Shown: one piece after another, positions 35,201 to 43,043 of the stretch | How the letters are laid out: every line of letters begins with the position of its first letter | Position numbering within the stretch: the first letter of the stretch is position 1 | NCBI GenBank assembly: GCA_964345135.1 | Contig: CAYFQI010000001.1 | Location: 3,851 to 67,850 of the forward strand | Direction: 5' to 3' | DNA length: 64,000 bases | Source: an uncultured Bacteroidales bacterium | Lineage (GTDB): Bacteria; Bacteroidota; Bacteroidia; Bacteroidales; JBBRXJ01 | Notes under the pieces: generated by a model | Told to the model about the DNA's origin: nothing | Seen by the model: the letters and a program-made list of their open reading frames with translations, nothing else | The model's database searches: none | Translations under genes and position numbers: made by a program

Positions 35201-37983
35201 CGGAGAGCCGGATCTGTCAGGTCAACATAATCATCTGCCGGGTCAGGGTCTTTTACAACCAGATTGCATGAGGGGTTGCACAAATCAGGGTCAATGGTGA
35301 CATCTACAGGCTGGATGTCTGCACATGATCCGTCACCGGATTTAATATAGTAGGTCCCCGAGGTAGTGACATTTTCCGGAGTAGCAAGTGGCGTAGTAGC
35401 AGCAGCATCTTCCCATACAGTGAAAGCATGTCGGAATATGTTTACCTGGCGGATGTCCCAATAATCTTTGTCAATGCTTGTTGTGAGGCGGAATTTGATG
35501 AATTGTGCAGAATCGCCTCTGAAATCTATTGTTTTGGTTGCATTTTTGGAGACAGGCCCGAACTGTCCTTTTTTCTTCCATTCAAGGGTTTTAATGGTAT
35601 AAGGTGGACTATCCCAATAAGCTGTATATATTTCACACACGCCTTCGTTGAAAACATGATCGCCTGAAAAAATCTCTATCCGGCTGATCTCATGCACTTC
35701 CTGCATGTTGATGATGAAATAATTAGCCTGGTTGGCCCGGGGCCGGGCATGCCAATATGTTTCCAGATCATTGTCTGTCATGGCTTCCGGGTGTCCTTCT
35801 TCGTCCCACCATGTCATGTCTGTATATATATTTTCAGAGTTGGTATGGTTTTCAGTAACAAATCCCTGATTGTCAATGATCCCATTGCTTCCCCCTTTGG
35901 TGCCGGCTGTGATGGAAGCGCTCGTGAGGTCAACAAAGCAGGCAGGTTCAGGGTTATTAATATTGATATTACATGGACATCCGGTGCATAGCATGGGATC
36001 AATGATTACCTGCACGGGCTTAATATCAGTACATGCCCCGTCCCCCATTTTTATATAGTAGGTGCCTGAAGTGGTAATGTGTTCAGGTTCTGTGAGCGGG
36101 ATGGCAGCGTCTGCATCCTGGTAATATGAGAATTGATGTTTATATATGTTGACTTCATTGATTTTCCAATAATCTTTATCTATGTTAGTTGTAAGTTGAA
36201 ACTTTATGAATCGTGCAATTTCACCATTAAAATGAATGGTTTGTGTGGTGTTTGGATTCGCCGACCTGAATTCGGTAACTTTTGTCCATGATAAATCTTG
36301 TATTTTGTAATCCCCTGAATTATCTCTCCAATCAGCTATATAAACTTCGCATACTCCGTCTGAAAATGTTTCATCACCGCATATAACTTCAATTTTGCTG
36401 ATGTCGTGTATGGCTTGCATGTCAATGATGAAATAATTTGTTTTGCTGTTACGGGGCCTTGCTCTCCAACTTGTTGTTTCATCGTTATCATTTATGGCAG
36501 GAGTACCGTCTTCACTACCCCACCAATCCATGTCTGTGAAATGGTCTGTGCTGTTTGAGGGGTCTTCTGTGACAAGCCCGCTGTGAGGGATCAGCAGATC
36601 ATTGCCGCCGGTGCTGCCTTTAATAATGGCCGGAAGTGTCAGGTCTGTTTCGCATGCTGTAGCCGGATCCGTGATTACCAGGTTGGCTTGCATACAGGGA
36701 ATCATTGCTGTATCTGAAAACTCAGAGGTTTGTCCATCATACGTTGAAGTGGCCAGGATAATATCGCCTTCCCGTAGAGTGAATGATGGGTCTGCCCAGT
36801 CTGAAGAATTACCCGAGAGCTCCCATTCTCCATTGGCATCAGACACTGCGTTGCCAAGGTACTTGATGGCATCCTGATCGTTTTCGGAGGTTCCGAGGAA
36901 GACTTCGATGGTTTCACCGGAACGGTTGTTTTTTGTAGTTCCCTTAATAATTAAATCGTCCTCAGAAAACTCGATGGTTTCTATTAATGGTATATGGGCA
37001 TCTGGATTTGATGATCGTATATCTATTGCATTTGTGCATTGGTAAAATAGGTTTTTTGATATGGAAACTGGATATGAATCATCAAGGAATAAACTTCCAT
37101 AATTATTTTCTGTCTCGCGTATGTTATAAAAGAGATTATTGTTAATGGAAATCCCTTTATAGAAATGTCCTACTATAGCACCTAATTTGGTATTTGCAAA
37201 AACATTTCGGTCGTCTATATCATCCCCTCCTATGACATAATTAATGTCTTTAAAAGGATGAAAAATATCATCAACATTAAAACCATACCAAAGAGTGTGG
37301 TTGTAATTAGTGTCGAGCGAAAGATTTGTTCCAATAATATTCCCTTTTAATATGCAGGAAAATGGATTAAAGACCCTTACATAACTATGTTTATCAATGC
37401 TTTGTTCATTGTATATAATATTTGAGTAGATTTTAAGTGAATTGCAATTTACTGCAAAGAAATTCTTTCTCAAAAAGTTTTTTATCAGGAATCCCTGTAT
37501 CTGAAAGGAGGAATTCGTATTATGATTATTTATATAAAAATCATATTCACATACTCCATCTCCATCAATCACAATACTAGGCTCATTTCCAGGCACAACT
37601 CCCCCATCAATAATAACATTCCCATTTATTACGGGCAAGTCCTGGAAAAGTGTAATGACATGAGGCCCTGAACCCGGAATATCAAAATGAATATAATTGT
37701 CCTGCGCTTTGTATTCGTCTTTATTGATTTGTTCTATGGCCCAACGAAGTGACCCGGGAACTACATCAAAGACCTGATCATCTGTATTGGTGACGGTCCA
37801 CACATTATACCCGGCTGTATTGATGTCTTCTGCTGCTGCCCCAAATGTAAACCCCTCCATAAGGTCAATGCCATCCACGACCAACGACTGTGATACAGTA
37901 TTTTGTATATTGATAAATGCAAAAAATGTATATAATGCAAATAAAATGCGATGTTTTATAAAATATCCTGTCAATTTTTTCAC
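29275..37983 (-). CDS. giant secreted multidomain adhesin-like protein (2902 aa)
   Basis: Signal peptide is ILFALYTFFAFINIQNTVSQ. It has two beta-helix regions capped by GSLRWAIEQIN and GSLRNAIIDIN. Three ~220-aa F5/8-type-C (discoidin)-like modules span ~34620-36700 (NDNDETTSWRARPR..NYFIIDMQ, TDNDLETYWHARPR..NYFIINMQ, LDNDPNTYFHAQAR..NYFTIDMQ). Two LamG-type modules span ~33150-34480 (LIAYYPFNANAVDETGNGHDGTV, LAAYYPFNGNANDESGNGNDGAV). A PKD module (YTWDMGDGT) and a DNRLRE-like module (ATQDTYVSQRNAGTNYG...WDESNTDWNNQP) follow. Then come two Ig-like Cys-bracketed modules and three ~150-aa PPC-like modules (~29560-30790). Confidence 0.85.
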   Translation of the reverse strand: MKKLTGYFIKHRILFALYTFFAFINIQNTVSQSLVVDGIDLMEGFTFGAAAEDINTAGYNVWTVTNTDDQVFDVVPGSLRWAIEQINKDEYKAQDNYIHFDIPGSGPHVITLFQDLPVINGNVIIDGGVVPGNEPSIVIDGDGVCEYDFYINNHNTNSSFQIQGFLIKNFLRKNFFAVNCNSLKIYSNIIYNEQSIDKHSYVRVFNPFSCILKGNIIGTNLSLDTNYNHTLWYGFNVDDIFHPFKDINYVIGGDDIDDRNVFANTKLGAIVGHFYKGISINNNLFYNIRETENNYGSLFLDDSYPVSISKNLFYQCTNAIDIRSSNPDAHIPLIETIEFSEDDLIIKGTTKNNRSGETIEVFLGTSENDQDAIKYLGNAVSDANGEWELSGNSSDWADPSFTLREGDIILATSTYDGQTSEFSDTAMIPCMQANLVITDPATACETDLTLPAIIKGSTGGNDLLIPHSGLVTEDPSNSTDHFTDMDWWGSEDGTPAINDNDETTSWRARPRNSKTNYFIIDMQAIHDISKIEVICGDETFSDGVCEVYIADWRDNSGDYKIQDLSWTKVTEFRSANPNTTQTIHFNGEIARFIKFQLTTNIDKDYWKINEVNIYKHQFSYYQDADAAIPLTEPEHITTSGTYYIKMGDGACTDIKPVQVIIDPMLCTGCPCNININNPEPACFVDLTSASITAGTKGGSNGIIDNQGFVTENHTNSENIYTDMTWWDEEGHPEAMTDNDLETYWHARPRANQANYFIINMQEVHEISRIEIFSGDHVFNEGVCEIYTAYWDSPPYTIKTLEWKKKGQFGPVSKNATKTIDFRGDSAQFIKFRLTTSIDKDYWDIRQVNIFRHAFTVWEDAAATTPLATPENVTTSGTYYIKSGDGSCADIQPVDVTIDPDLCNPSCNLVVKDPDPADDYVDLTDPALREGTSGNGYGMTDNSSYTCPNNMSDLDWWDDADGLQAMLDNDPNTYFHAQARSSNTNYFTIDMQAEYSVGEIDITSGWNVFDEGTCSVYLSKDNTNWTKAAEFGPIQINATQNIKIHGIEARYIKFELNTSIDKDYWDITGINIYQHEYSYWKDEALTEPLEQPANVTQSGTYYVKLKAGTCEDSDFVEVKLNNCNQFIPPTIVSDKPTLHYIPCQDGYTNDPATLSLTEAYDQYAWYKDTSNLDSGLIAYYPFNANAVDETGNGHDGTVNGSVLTTDRFGNPNSAYDFDGVDDYIELNDNKIIITQMPFSISIWAKIEEYTDANYIFCQRDKETSHGSSFIGLLTDNTYSNTSRFGLRNSGSEQLVKFEGPVCEKEEWHLYTATVDESGNVKFYIDNQIETTGIYNYENSFFDNIDMVAIGAAIRDGLANYYFNGMIDDVRIYNRALIENEIQSLYTQNGWHGPNVNLKDGLAAYYPFNGNANDESGNGNDGAVDGAILTTDRFGNTNKAYHFDGDDDFIQVPAHSSINNIWDDGGTIAFWLYLDSKEDWDRYFAKDQSNGMSGGFWSIHLHDVGNYLQLEDHFSNYKGEWYTNQFSPDLGEWIHLAVVYDASSTTNDVLFYVNGQLENTIERRTPSGTRPDDSLKDLFIGGDNGQGVEHFFNGKMDDIWIYNRILNADEIQALYGQASTNPKDIISNDPSLQVSEPGTYYVDVIDANGCTGISEIIITEQKEPGYEDIYAVTNTNNIGKGSLRNAIIDINTSENGGEIIFCIPGEAPHTINLTSELPPVTKPIQMDGNTQPRNGYQGNDYLINISSSGFSGELLQINCDSGTTLQNIVFESEGEGIALSSGYAQIHHCHIHGQTPLLIHGYFNQVFDNVLYVNDNVQNSKAIIISGSNNTIGGHDNTNKIRNYNATANGIIVQPAGQQNHLSENEFLMHIECPTDSVHRLMGNANNNMEPPEITYINFYNGNIEIEGTSVYNSDVIEIYAVEETVAGNIQYKYVASVTSLNNTWHTTIHDFDYSGQLFSATSTLNNNTSEFSTVKEASSEIISGPNQLCLGESAAFSTTLNPADIDNYTWDMGDGTTYSEPGITHTYADSGVYTVTLTVEFNSGETEEFKKDITVLLTPDLYVNITTNAPEEQTITLNATQDTYVSQRNAGTNYGSDENLFVENREVPVWGFFFNEQKRALIKFEDLSFTLPSNIEILNATMTLSGNGHRSGNNGIIARVINSWDESNTDWNNQPEYTLTNKKVLSPPNSMDQDYTIDITDFAEKWYDNVETNHGVIIYFPESVRYEQRFRFYSRETDDEANKPRLEITYRFNTPTVCEGEQVSVNVSGADAYSWQPNDYLSCTDCHNPVIIPYDTSGYQVVGLNANGCTDTAEFTINTLPAPVADAGPDLGICPGTSVILNANEGDGLSYAWSPADGLSCNDCRTPTASPDQTTMYTLNVSNAAGCSATDQVLITMPSPAIYDCFDHAMMLDMNGQDYWCSNAAIYTNEDATPDHAKPSCMTGGPVANKWFKFTATTRTIKIILSTGNGKGTLRNPYLTLWNQNGAELACEQYTNPDDDLYLIYDRLQPGRTYYFSVDSDNETRGTFSLCLSNGRDNDFFQFATEIANPDNWCAGKANWKQDYTTVGATRDIRGSSCMRRPQYNKWFKFKAIGNRVTVSASPEGDNPIQAAVIALWDNRRREVDCHSAGPNGTARLKDILVTPGEWYYVSVDNRGRRTNTGRFDLCINSYYDYDYAEGAKIIDNAQVWCSELEAYTTVEATPDKEAGSCWDNGPNNNRWFKFVAVSEYAEITLKTNNETGTISRAYIALWDDDYTEISCSKQNNPTQDEITITANNLTPGEWYYISVDNYSRFSLPFFPPSRFAGTFSLCVQSDFDGDIFYSIADGDWDDNIWSFDKYATVGNGQTPGTDDMVIIYDHTVTLRHDATISKALISVENRDTWLIMQGGNLNIENGLQIIKNCP

Positions 37984-38001
37984 GACAATGTTGTTTAGAT
38001 G

Positions 38002-38415
38002 TTATTTTAACCTGTAGTATAATGTATGTGTTTTTTCGCCTGCCTGGTATATGTATAAGGTAGCATAGGTGGCATTGTTCTTCACATCATCAGAAAGCGT
38101 GAGTTGAAATGCTGCTTTATACCTGGTTACCTGGTGTTGCTGCCCGTTAACGGTTATATAGCAATTGCCATTGGAGCATGAAAAGGGGTATTGCGCATGG
38201 AACAAATCATTTTGGCCTTTGCCTGTCCCAAACATCAGGTGTACGCTGTCGGCCAGGGTGGCATCATTAATTAAAAAGCTGATTTGGTATTGATTGGGGT
38301 TGTCAATGTTGATGTTATGCACTTTAAAGTCTTTGGCTTTAATATCCTGACAATACACTGCTGAAGTGAAAATAAAAAATGCCAATGTCATTGCAATAAT
38401 GTGGTTTGTTTTCAT
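38002..38415 (-). CDS. small secreted protein (137 aa), weak paralog of 6853-7305
   Basis: Signal peptide is MKTNHIIAMTLAFFIFTSAVYCQ. Its stop lies 18 nt upstream of the 2902-aa gene start. It is colinear with the 150-aa ORF. Confidence 0.6.
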   Translation of the reverse strand: MKTNHIIAMTLAFFIFTSAVYCQDIKAKDFKVHNINIDNPNQYQISFLINDATLADSVHLMFGTGKGQNDLFHAQYPFSCSNGNCYITVNGQQHQVTRYKAAFQLTLSDDVKNNATYATLYIYQAGEKTHTLYYRLK

Positions 38416-38937
38416 GATTTCTAATATGAACTATTTATAATATAATGTATGTTAATTTTATTATTCTGCTATTTTTAGAGGTGCCCTTCAATTATACACT
38501 CTGCTATCTATCCGATAAACCATTGAAAATGACTTGTTCAAAAAAAATGGATGCATCTCATGAAATAAACCACTTCCAACAAAATTCACCAGGATAAATA
38601 AAGAAATGAATTGAATATGACTAAATTGATTTAATAATTGTTTATGTATATAATGTGTTCTGTACAAAACATTTTTTGGCTTCAACTTCCATTCATCGCT
38701 AACGGTATATTGATTTACTGCCCCTGCCATTGCAACAGGTTTAAATACCATAACATCTAATATTTTTTTCACTATTAATAAAAATATCATAAATATCAAA
38801 TTTTTGATGATGTAAAATTAATACGTTTTTTTTATTATCAAAATTTTTTTTATTTTTTAATTATAATTATTTAGCTGGCTAATTTCAGAACAACCTATTC
38901 GGATTTATGATAATACCAATTATAGTTTAAAGTAAGA

Positions 38938-38969
38938 TTTGAATCACGAAATTTTGTTTTATATATTTG
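38938..38969 (+). promoter_or_regulatory. Bacteroidetes-type promoter-like motif: TTTG (38938-38941), 20 nt spacer, TAtaTTTG (38962-38969)
   Basis: Both motifs and the spacing were read directly. They match the -33 TTTG / -7 TAnnTTTG consensus described for Bacteroides. The motif points into the tandem 95-bp repeats, not toward a recognisable CDS. It could also occur by chance in AT-rich DNA. Confidence 0.3.
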
Positions 38970-39034
38970 CTTTAGTAAAAGTCGGGATTCGTCTTTGTGC
39001 GACATGTATTCTTTAGCCATATTAAACAAATAAA

Positions 39035-39129
39035 ATGAACCGAGCCATAACTAAAATACTACACACAAACGGATGATTACTAATATATCTCATAGTAAAC
39101 TGAATGTCAAAAGCATAACCTCATGACGA
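39035..39129 (+). repeat. 95-bp intergenic repeat, copy A
   Basis: atgaaccgagccataactaaaatactacacacaaacggatgattactaatat...ctcatagtaaactgaatgtcaaaagcataacctcatgacga. It aligns end to end with copy B, which lies 131 bp downstream. Confidence 0.85.
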
Positions 39130-39165
39130 GCTCCATCTGACCATTAAAAATCAAAATATAATCAG

Positions 39166-39260
39166 ATGAACCGAGCCATGACAAATTCTTTGACACACAC
39201 GGGGATGATTATTGATAACCTCATAGCAATATGAATGTCAAAAACATAAACTCATGGCGA
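39166..39260 (+). repeat. 95-bp intergenic repeat, copy B
   Basis: atgaaccgagccatgacaaattctttgacacacacggggatgattattgataacctcatagcaatatgaatgtcaaaaacataaactcatggcga. It is the best-conserved copy and contains TTGACA-N17-TGATAA. Confidence 0.85.
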
Positions 39261-39330
39261 TTGGGATTTAGGCATGGAGACATCTCCAATATACTTTATT
39301 CCCCTATGTACCCTATTTCCCCTAACTCTT

Positions 39331-39361
39331 CACCCCTCCTCTCTACGGGGTGTGCTTTTTT
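39331..39361 (+). terminator. hairpin cacccc-N10-ggggtg followed by tgcTTTTTT, terminator-like on the plus strand
   Basis: Read directly. It spans the stop codon of the convergent 347-aa gene. The U-run exists only in the plus-strand orientation. Confidence 0.35.
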
Positions 39362-40386
39362 AAAAATTTCTCACTGGTTTTATTCCAGTTGTCGATGTAT
39401 TCGTTTCGTTGTTCGGTTAAGTACTCGTTCATGGTGTTGTATTTCTTTGCTGCAGCATTGATATCATTTATTGCTTTGTTATATTGATCTATGTCTTCTT
39501 GTGTACGATCGGATTTTTTCTTGTTGTCGAATGCTTGCTTCAGTTTATCAAATTGTTCTTTTTTCATCAGGTAATCTATCAGGGAAGGCATTCTTGCGTC
39601 AGCTTCTTCTTTATAAAATCGTAATATGTCCCGTGTAGCATAATTCAATGACATATCCGACTCGTGAGACCCTGTTTCTTTAAGTTTTTCCAAACCTTCT
39701 TCTGCAAATTTCACAAGGGTGTTCCTGTTTTGTTCAAGGCTGTTGATGTCTTCTTTTTGCAAAGCTTTTAACATGTACATCTCCTGTTTATAATTTTTAA
39801 AAAAGACCAAATAAACCTTATCATGGTAGTCGAATACTTTGGATGATATCTTGAGCTTTCTGGATAGTCTGCTATTATCTTTAACGATATTTATGTTGTG
39901 TTGTGCAGCAAATTCTTTCTGGGCTTCTGCCACTATATCTGTGGCTTGTTCCAGTTTTTTATTGGCTTTTTTTCGTGCTGTCATATACGCTTCCATGAGA
40001 TCATATGATTGTTCTGCAATTTTTTTCATATCCAATATTTTATCATAATCCCTGCTTAAGACAATTCGATTTATTTTCAGATATTCCGTCACCGAATCTC
40101 TGAAAGCCGTATTTCCTTCATACGGAGGCATTTTTTTAATGACTTTTCGTGCATATTTCAACTCTTTCATCAGGTCGTTGCGTTTTTTTGCTATCCTCCT
40201 GTCACTTTTGCCCCGGCCAATGGATTTAACATATTGCCAGCTTTCTTTTACCAATTCTTCATATTGTTCGGTCATATAGCTCATGTATTCATGAGCACTG
40301 TTGAATTCTTCTGCTTTTACAGGGGATATGAAAAGCAATGCGAAAAAGAGTGAATATACCGGAAAAAATCGTTTTGTTAAAAGCAT
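39343..40386 (-). CDS. secreted alpha-helical/coiled-coil protein of unknown function (347 aa)
   Basis: ORF track entry with signal peptide FFPVYSLFFALLFISPVKAEE. The body is rich in K/E heptad-like sequence. Confidence 0.7.
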   Translation of the reverse strand: MLLTKRFFPVYSLFFALLFISPVKAEEFNSAHEYMSYMTEQYEELVKESWQYVKSIGRGKSDRRIAKKRNDLMKELKYARKVIKKMPPYEGNTAFRDSVTEYLKINRIVLSRDYDKILDMKKIAEQSYDLMEAYMTARKKANKKLEQATDIVAEAQKEFAAQHNINIVKDNSRLSRKLKISSKVFDYHDKVYLVFFKNYKQEMYMLKALQKEDINSLEQNRNTLVKFAEEGLEKLKETGSHESDMSLNYATRDILRFYKEEADARMPSLIDYLMKKEQFDKLKQAFDNKKKSDRTQEDIDQYNKAINDINAAAKKYNTMNEYLTEQRNEYIDNWNKTSEKFLKKHTP

Positions 40387-40463
40387 AATAATTATTAAAT
40401 TGAATTTGTATTTCTATAATTATTTTGTTTACAATACGAATATACAATATTTTTAAAAATAAA

Positions 40464-40510
40464 GACCCGGACATGATGATTTTTTGACACACGGGGGTAT
40501 AATTATTTTA
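40464..40510 (+). repeat. partial copy C of the 95-bp repeat family
   Basis: gacccggacatgatgattttttgacacacgggggtataattatttta aligns with the first half of copy B. It is followed by a purine-rich tract (40511-40567). That tract resembles the reverse complement of the pyrimidine-rich tract at 39296-39343. Confidence 0.6.
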
Positions 40511-40682
40511 CGAAGCCGAAGTATGAAGAGGTATAGAGGTATAAAGGGAAATAAGGAATAGAAGGTGTTTTGTTACATGTTTTTTCAGTAGTTATCAGTT
40601 CATTTCTTGTCGTTCCCATATGATGTTTTGCACTTAATCCCCCATAAAACACCTTGTTATATTTAGATGTATTCAGTAAGAT

Positions 40683-42791
40683 TTACTCTTTACCCTCCCC
40701 GGCTTTTATCAAATCTTGTAATATAAAATATGCCTCTTCAATATAGATATCTTTTTTAATGTTTTTTCTCAATTTCTTATACATTTCTTTCCTGTATGGG
40801 TTCATACGAATGAGCGGTTGGTCAAACGCGCTATTTTGAACAGTATACGCCCGGCTTTCACGGGTATTATAATGTTCCAACGATCTTAATAAATGTTTTT
40901 TTCGGTGTGTATTCGCTATGAATGAATCCATCTGTGGAGTAATGATACGTTTGTTGTCTGTCATGTTTGATATAGTATCACAAATCCGTTTGATCTGAAT
41001 AAAATGGGTATCTTGTTGTACTCTTCCCGTGCTTTTTTCTGCCAGTTGCTGAACAGGCAATGCCGGGAGCGGTTTATACCAGGTTTCTTTATTGATCGTA
41101 TCAGCTGCCAGTGCGGTGGGGTAATTTGATTCATGATGGCGGACATAGCTCATGTTGTCAGGAAGGCTTACATCCGGCACCACCCCTTGTTTTTGATGGC
41201 TTTTCCCGGTGACACGGTAAAATTTACTAATCGTTAGTTTAATATATCCATCGGCATCCGGTTCATCATACAACGTGGTATAATCAGTAATGGATGGAAC
41301 TAACGGCAACACGATTTGAGCTGTGCCTTTTCCATAGGTGGTGGTTCCCACGATCACCGCACGGTTATAATCCTGTAAGGTAGCGGCCAGAAGCTCAGAT
41401 GCCGAAGCACTCAGGCGGTTGACCAATACCAGCAAGGGTTTGTCATAAATACTGCCCCGGTTCATATCTTTTTGGACTTTCACTTCACCATTTTCTAACC
41501 TGGAAATGCATACCGGGCCCTGGTCAATAAAGATGCCCGTGAGTTGAATGGCTTCTATCATAGACCCTCCCGAGTTATTCCGCACATCAAGGATTAACCC
41601 GTCAACGTGTTCACGTTTGAGCTTCAGGATTTCTTTTGCCATGTCATTGGAGCATCCGGGCATGTTTTCCTGTTCTACCTGGGTATAAAAACCCGGTAAA
41701 GAAATGTAACCAATCTTTTGTTTTCCTTCCAGGATAAAACTGGTGATCATATTATCATCCAGCAATAATTTTTCTTTGATCAATGATACAGTCTTTATTA
41801 TTCCATTAACTTTTCTGACTGTCAGCTTCATTGTTTTGCCTACCTGTGAGCGGAATAATTCTTTCACATCATAGATATTGGAACAGGACAGGTCGGTAGC
41901 TTTTTCGCCTTCATATTGAATTTTTACTAAAAGATCCCCTTTGTTTAATTCACCGGATTTCCATGCCGGCCCGCCCGGTACGAGCTTCGAAATTTGAATA
42001 TTCCCGTCTTTGTCCTGCTTTAATTTAATGCCAAATGAATAATCTTCTTTAGAGATGCCCTGTTCAAATAATCGTTTTTCATCGGCAGAAAAATACATTG
42101 TATGAGGATCATAAAAATGTGTGATTGTATTCATCATCATGGAAAAAACAAAATTGTCAAATCCCATCGGATGATTTATAAAATGGTGAAGCTTACATTG
42201 TTTTTTCGTCTTTACCTCTTCTCTGATACCCGGTTCATACTTTCTGATGCTGTCTTTTGTAAACTGCCCGGTGGTATCGTGTTCGAGATAACCCGAGTAC
42301 AAATGCGAAAGGTAACTATATGCAAGCCAGCGTTCCCATCGCTCCCGTAAGGCTGCATCGTTTGCCGGAAATGAAAACGTATCGCGGGATGCAAACAAAA
42401 TGGGGTGCCCGGAATATATATCAAATGGCCGTAAGGCAATTGTTTGAATAAGCGAATCAGCCAGTAATAGCCTTTTTTTGTATAGCGGAATGATATTGTC
42501 TAATAATTGACAGGCTTTTTCATGAAACAGCTGTTCTTTTTGATGATAGGGTTTTGATAATGCTGCAATGTGATGCCGGGTAAATAATAATCCATACGGA
42601 TCAAGTGAACCAATGAAGCGACGAAGGATGTTTTTGCTTAATTTTTCGTCTATTCGCACTGGTTGATAATGCATGCTGTCCAGGACTTCAGTGAGGGTTT
42701 TAATCTCATTGCAGTATGAACCGCGGCCTTGCGCATTGGTAAGTGTTACTATGAATAAAAGCAGGAATAAAACATTTAAGAGGTAACGCAT
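40683..42791 (-). CDS. C-terminal processing (tail-specific, Prc-like) serine peptidase, family S41, with PDZ domain (702 aa)
   Basis: It has a signal peptide and a PDZ-like stretch (GIKLKQDKDGNIQISKLVPGGPAWKSGELNKGDLLVKI). The S41 core is LVLVNRLSASASELLAATLQDYNRAVIVGTTTYGKGTAQ, which carries the Ser/Lys dyad motifs. Confidence 0.9.
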   Translation of the reverse strand: MRYLLNVLFLLLFIVTLTNAQGRGSYCNEIKTLTEVLDSMHYQPVRIDEKLSKNILRRFIGSLDPYGLLFTRHHIAALSKPYHQKEQLFHEKACQLLDNIIPLYKKRLLLADSLIQTIALRPFDIYSGHPILFASRDTFSFPANDAALRERWERWLAYSYLSHLYSGYLEHDTTGQFTKDSIRKYEPGIREEVKTKKQCKLHHFINHPMGFDNFVFSMMMNTITHFYDPHTMYFSADEKRLFEQGISKEDYSFGIKLKQDKDGNIQISKLVPGGPAWKSGELNKGDLLVKIQYEGEKATDLSCSNIYDVKELFRSQVGKTMKLTVRKVNGIIKTVSLIKEKLLLDDNMITSFILEGKQKIGYISLPGFYTQVEQENMPGCSNDMAKEILKLKREHVDGLILDVRNNSGGSMIEAIQLTGIFIDQGPVCISRLENGEVKVQKDMNRGSIYDKPLLVLVNRLSASASELLAATLQDYNRAVIVGTTTYGKGTAQIVLPLVPSITDYTTLYDEPDADGYIKLTISKFYRVTGKSHQKQGVVPDVSLPDNMSYVRHHESNYPTALAADTINKETWYKPLPALPVQQLAEKSTGRVQQDTHFIQIKRICDTISNMTDNKRIITPQMDSFIANTHRKKHLLRSLEHYNTRESRAYTVQNSAFDQPLIRMNPYRKEMYKKLRKNIKKDIYIEEAYFILQDLIKAGEGKE

Positions 42792-43043
42792 TTTATTTTG
42801 TTGTATTTAATATTGGGGTCTTCTACCATTTTAGTGGAATTTGATTCTGAGTATCCAGAATTCAGAATAATTTAATTGGTTATCCGTTTTTATGCCTAAT
42901 GATTTCAATTCATTTGCTGACTTCTTCGGGCAAAGGTAATAATTGCTCACCAAAACTAAAATTCAAATTTTTAATACTCTTTGACCTTTTTCAAGACACT
43001 TAATTTTGAATTCTTTTTTTACTATTATTACTTCCAAAAAAAA

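Noticed and set aside
7517-37983. Dozens of 60-170-aa plus-strand and out-of-frame minus-strand ORFs overlapping the giant genes (e.g. 8714-9235 +, 10305-10691 +, 16446-16889 +, 21021-21401 +, 35692-35991 +)
   Set aside because: These are shadow ORFs within long, motif-rich coding frames. None has a signal, domain motif or independent intergenic space.
19923-37983. The 1915-aa or 2902-aa protein as the missing TcA-like translocator of a Tc-toxin ABC complex
   Set aside because: I saw nothing resembling the TcA hallmarks (a long alpha-helical shell/pore region or a TcB-binding domain). Both proteins are built from beta-rich adhesin-type modules. The idea is kept only as something to test structurally.
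38488-38799. 103-aa minus-strand ORF (MIFMIFLLIVKK...) between the AT-rich region and the 137-aa gene
   Set aside because: It has no recognisable motif and an odd composition. It may simply be 5' leader of the 137-aa/2902-aa transcript. A near-consensus TTTG...TAatTTTa lies just upstream on the minus strand, so it cannot be fully excluded, but the evidence is insufficient to call a CDS.
39035-39260. Possible CRISPR array (two direct repeats with a spacer)
   Set aside because: There are only two copies. The repeats are 95 bp, ~75-80% identical and separated by 36 bp. A further copy is inverted 5 kb away, and no cas genes are present. This is not CRISPR architecture.
39231-39461. 76-aa plus-strand ORF starting inside repeat copy B
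   Set aside because: It runs through repeat DNA and a pyrimidine tract into the antisense strand of the 347-aa gene. Its sequence is low-complexity, so it is most likely spurious.
42840-42880. Weak hairpin attctga-N11-tcagaat about 170 nt downstream of the SMP-30-like gene as its terminator
   Set aside because: The stem is an AT-rich 7 bp with a long loop and no U-run, so it is indistinguishable from chance in this composition.
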